Source: Candidatus Eiseniibacteriota bacterium (lineage in GTDB: Bacteria; Eisenbacteria; RBG-16-71-46; CAZAMP01). Taken from it: 64,000 nucleotides of DNA. The notes under the pieces were generated by a model. It was given only the letters and a program-made list of their open reading frames with translations. It was not told where the DNA came from and searched no databases. The DNA is taken from contig OZ245046.1 of NCBI GenBank assembly GCA_965224245.1, positions 3,872,001 through 3,936,000 on the forward strand, given 5' to 3'. Each line of letters opens with the position of its first letter. The stretch's first letter is position 1. Of the stretch, positions 63,945 through 64,000 are shown one piece after another. Both the position numbers and the translations under genes were made by a program.

Positions 63945-64000
63945 TCACGCCACCGCGACGGTCCCCGTCTCGATCATCTCCACGAATGCCCGGACGAGGG
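63945..64000 (-). CDS. 3' end of a gene entering from beyond the window
   Basis: Minus frame ...LVRAFVEMIETGTVAVA* with GC-rich third positions. Confidence 0.4.
   Translation of the reverse strand, partial: LVRAFVEMIETGTVAVA

Overview
Very GC-rich (roughly 70%+ by eye) bacterial chromosomal window, densely coding. I saw no rRNA, tRNA or CRISPR array. A diderm FCB-group lineage such as Eisenbacteria, Krumholzibacteria or Latescibacteria is inferred from a FlgD-Ig C-terminal domain, [ST]W[GS]xVKxxY C-terminal tails and outer-membrane barrels. Housekeeping content: NDH-2, DegQ, glycogen phosphorylase, PPK2, tricorn protease, pdxH, tag, ygiQ, deaD and a complete F1Fo ATP synthase operon. A decayed patch at 6.5-10.3 kb holds a broken cytochrome c peroxidase, an IS481 fragment and an amber-split HNH gene. 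Signalling genes are abundant: three ECF sigma factors, four Ser/Thr kinases (two fused to an ATPase and TPRs) and one pseudokinase. The most interesting candidates are: (1) a secreted 8-Cys mini-protein followed by a membrane-anchored CGPC thioredoxin, separated by structured RNA; (2) a DUF4266/DUF3570-like outer-membrane pair with two flavinylation-like motifs next to two exported diheme proteins; (3) a shared short C-terminal sorting-like motif; (4) an ECF sigma coupled to a catalytically dead kinase. Start codons were adjusted by eye from the ORF track, and family calls come from motif recognition, not from database searches.
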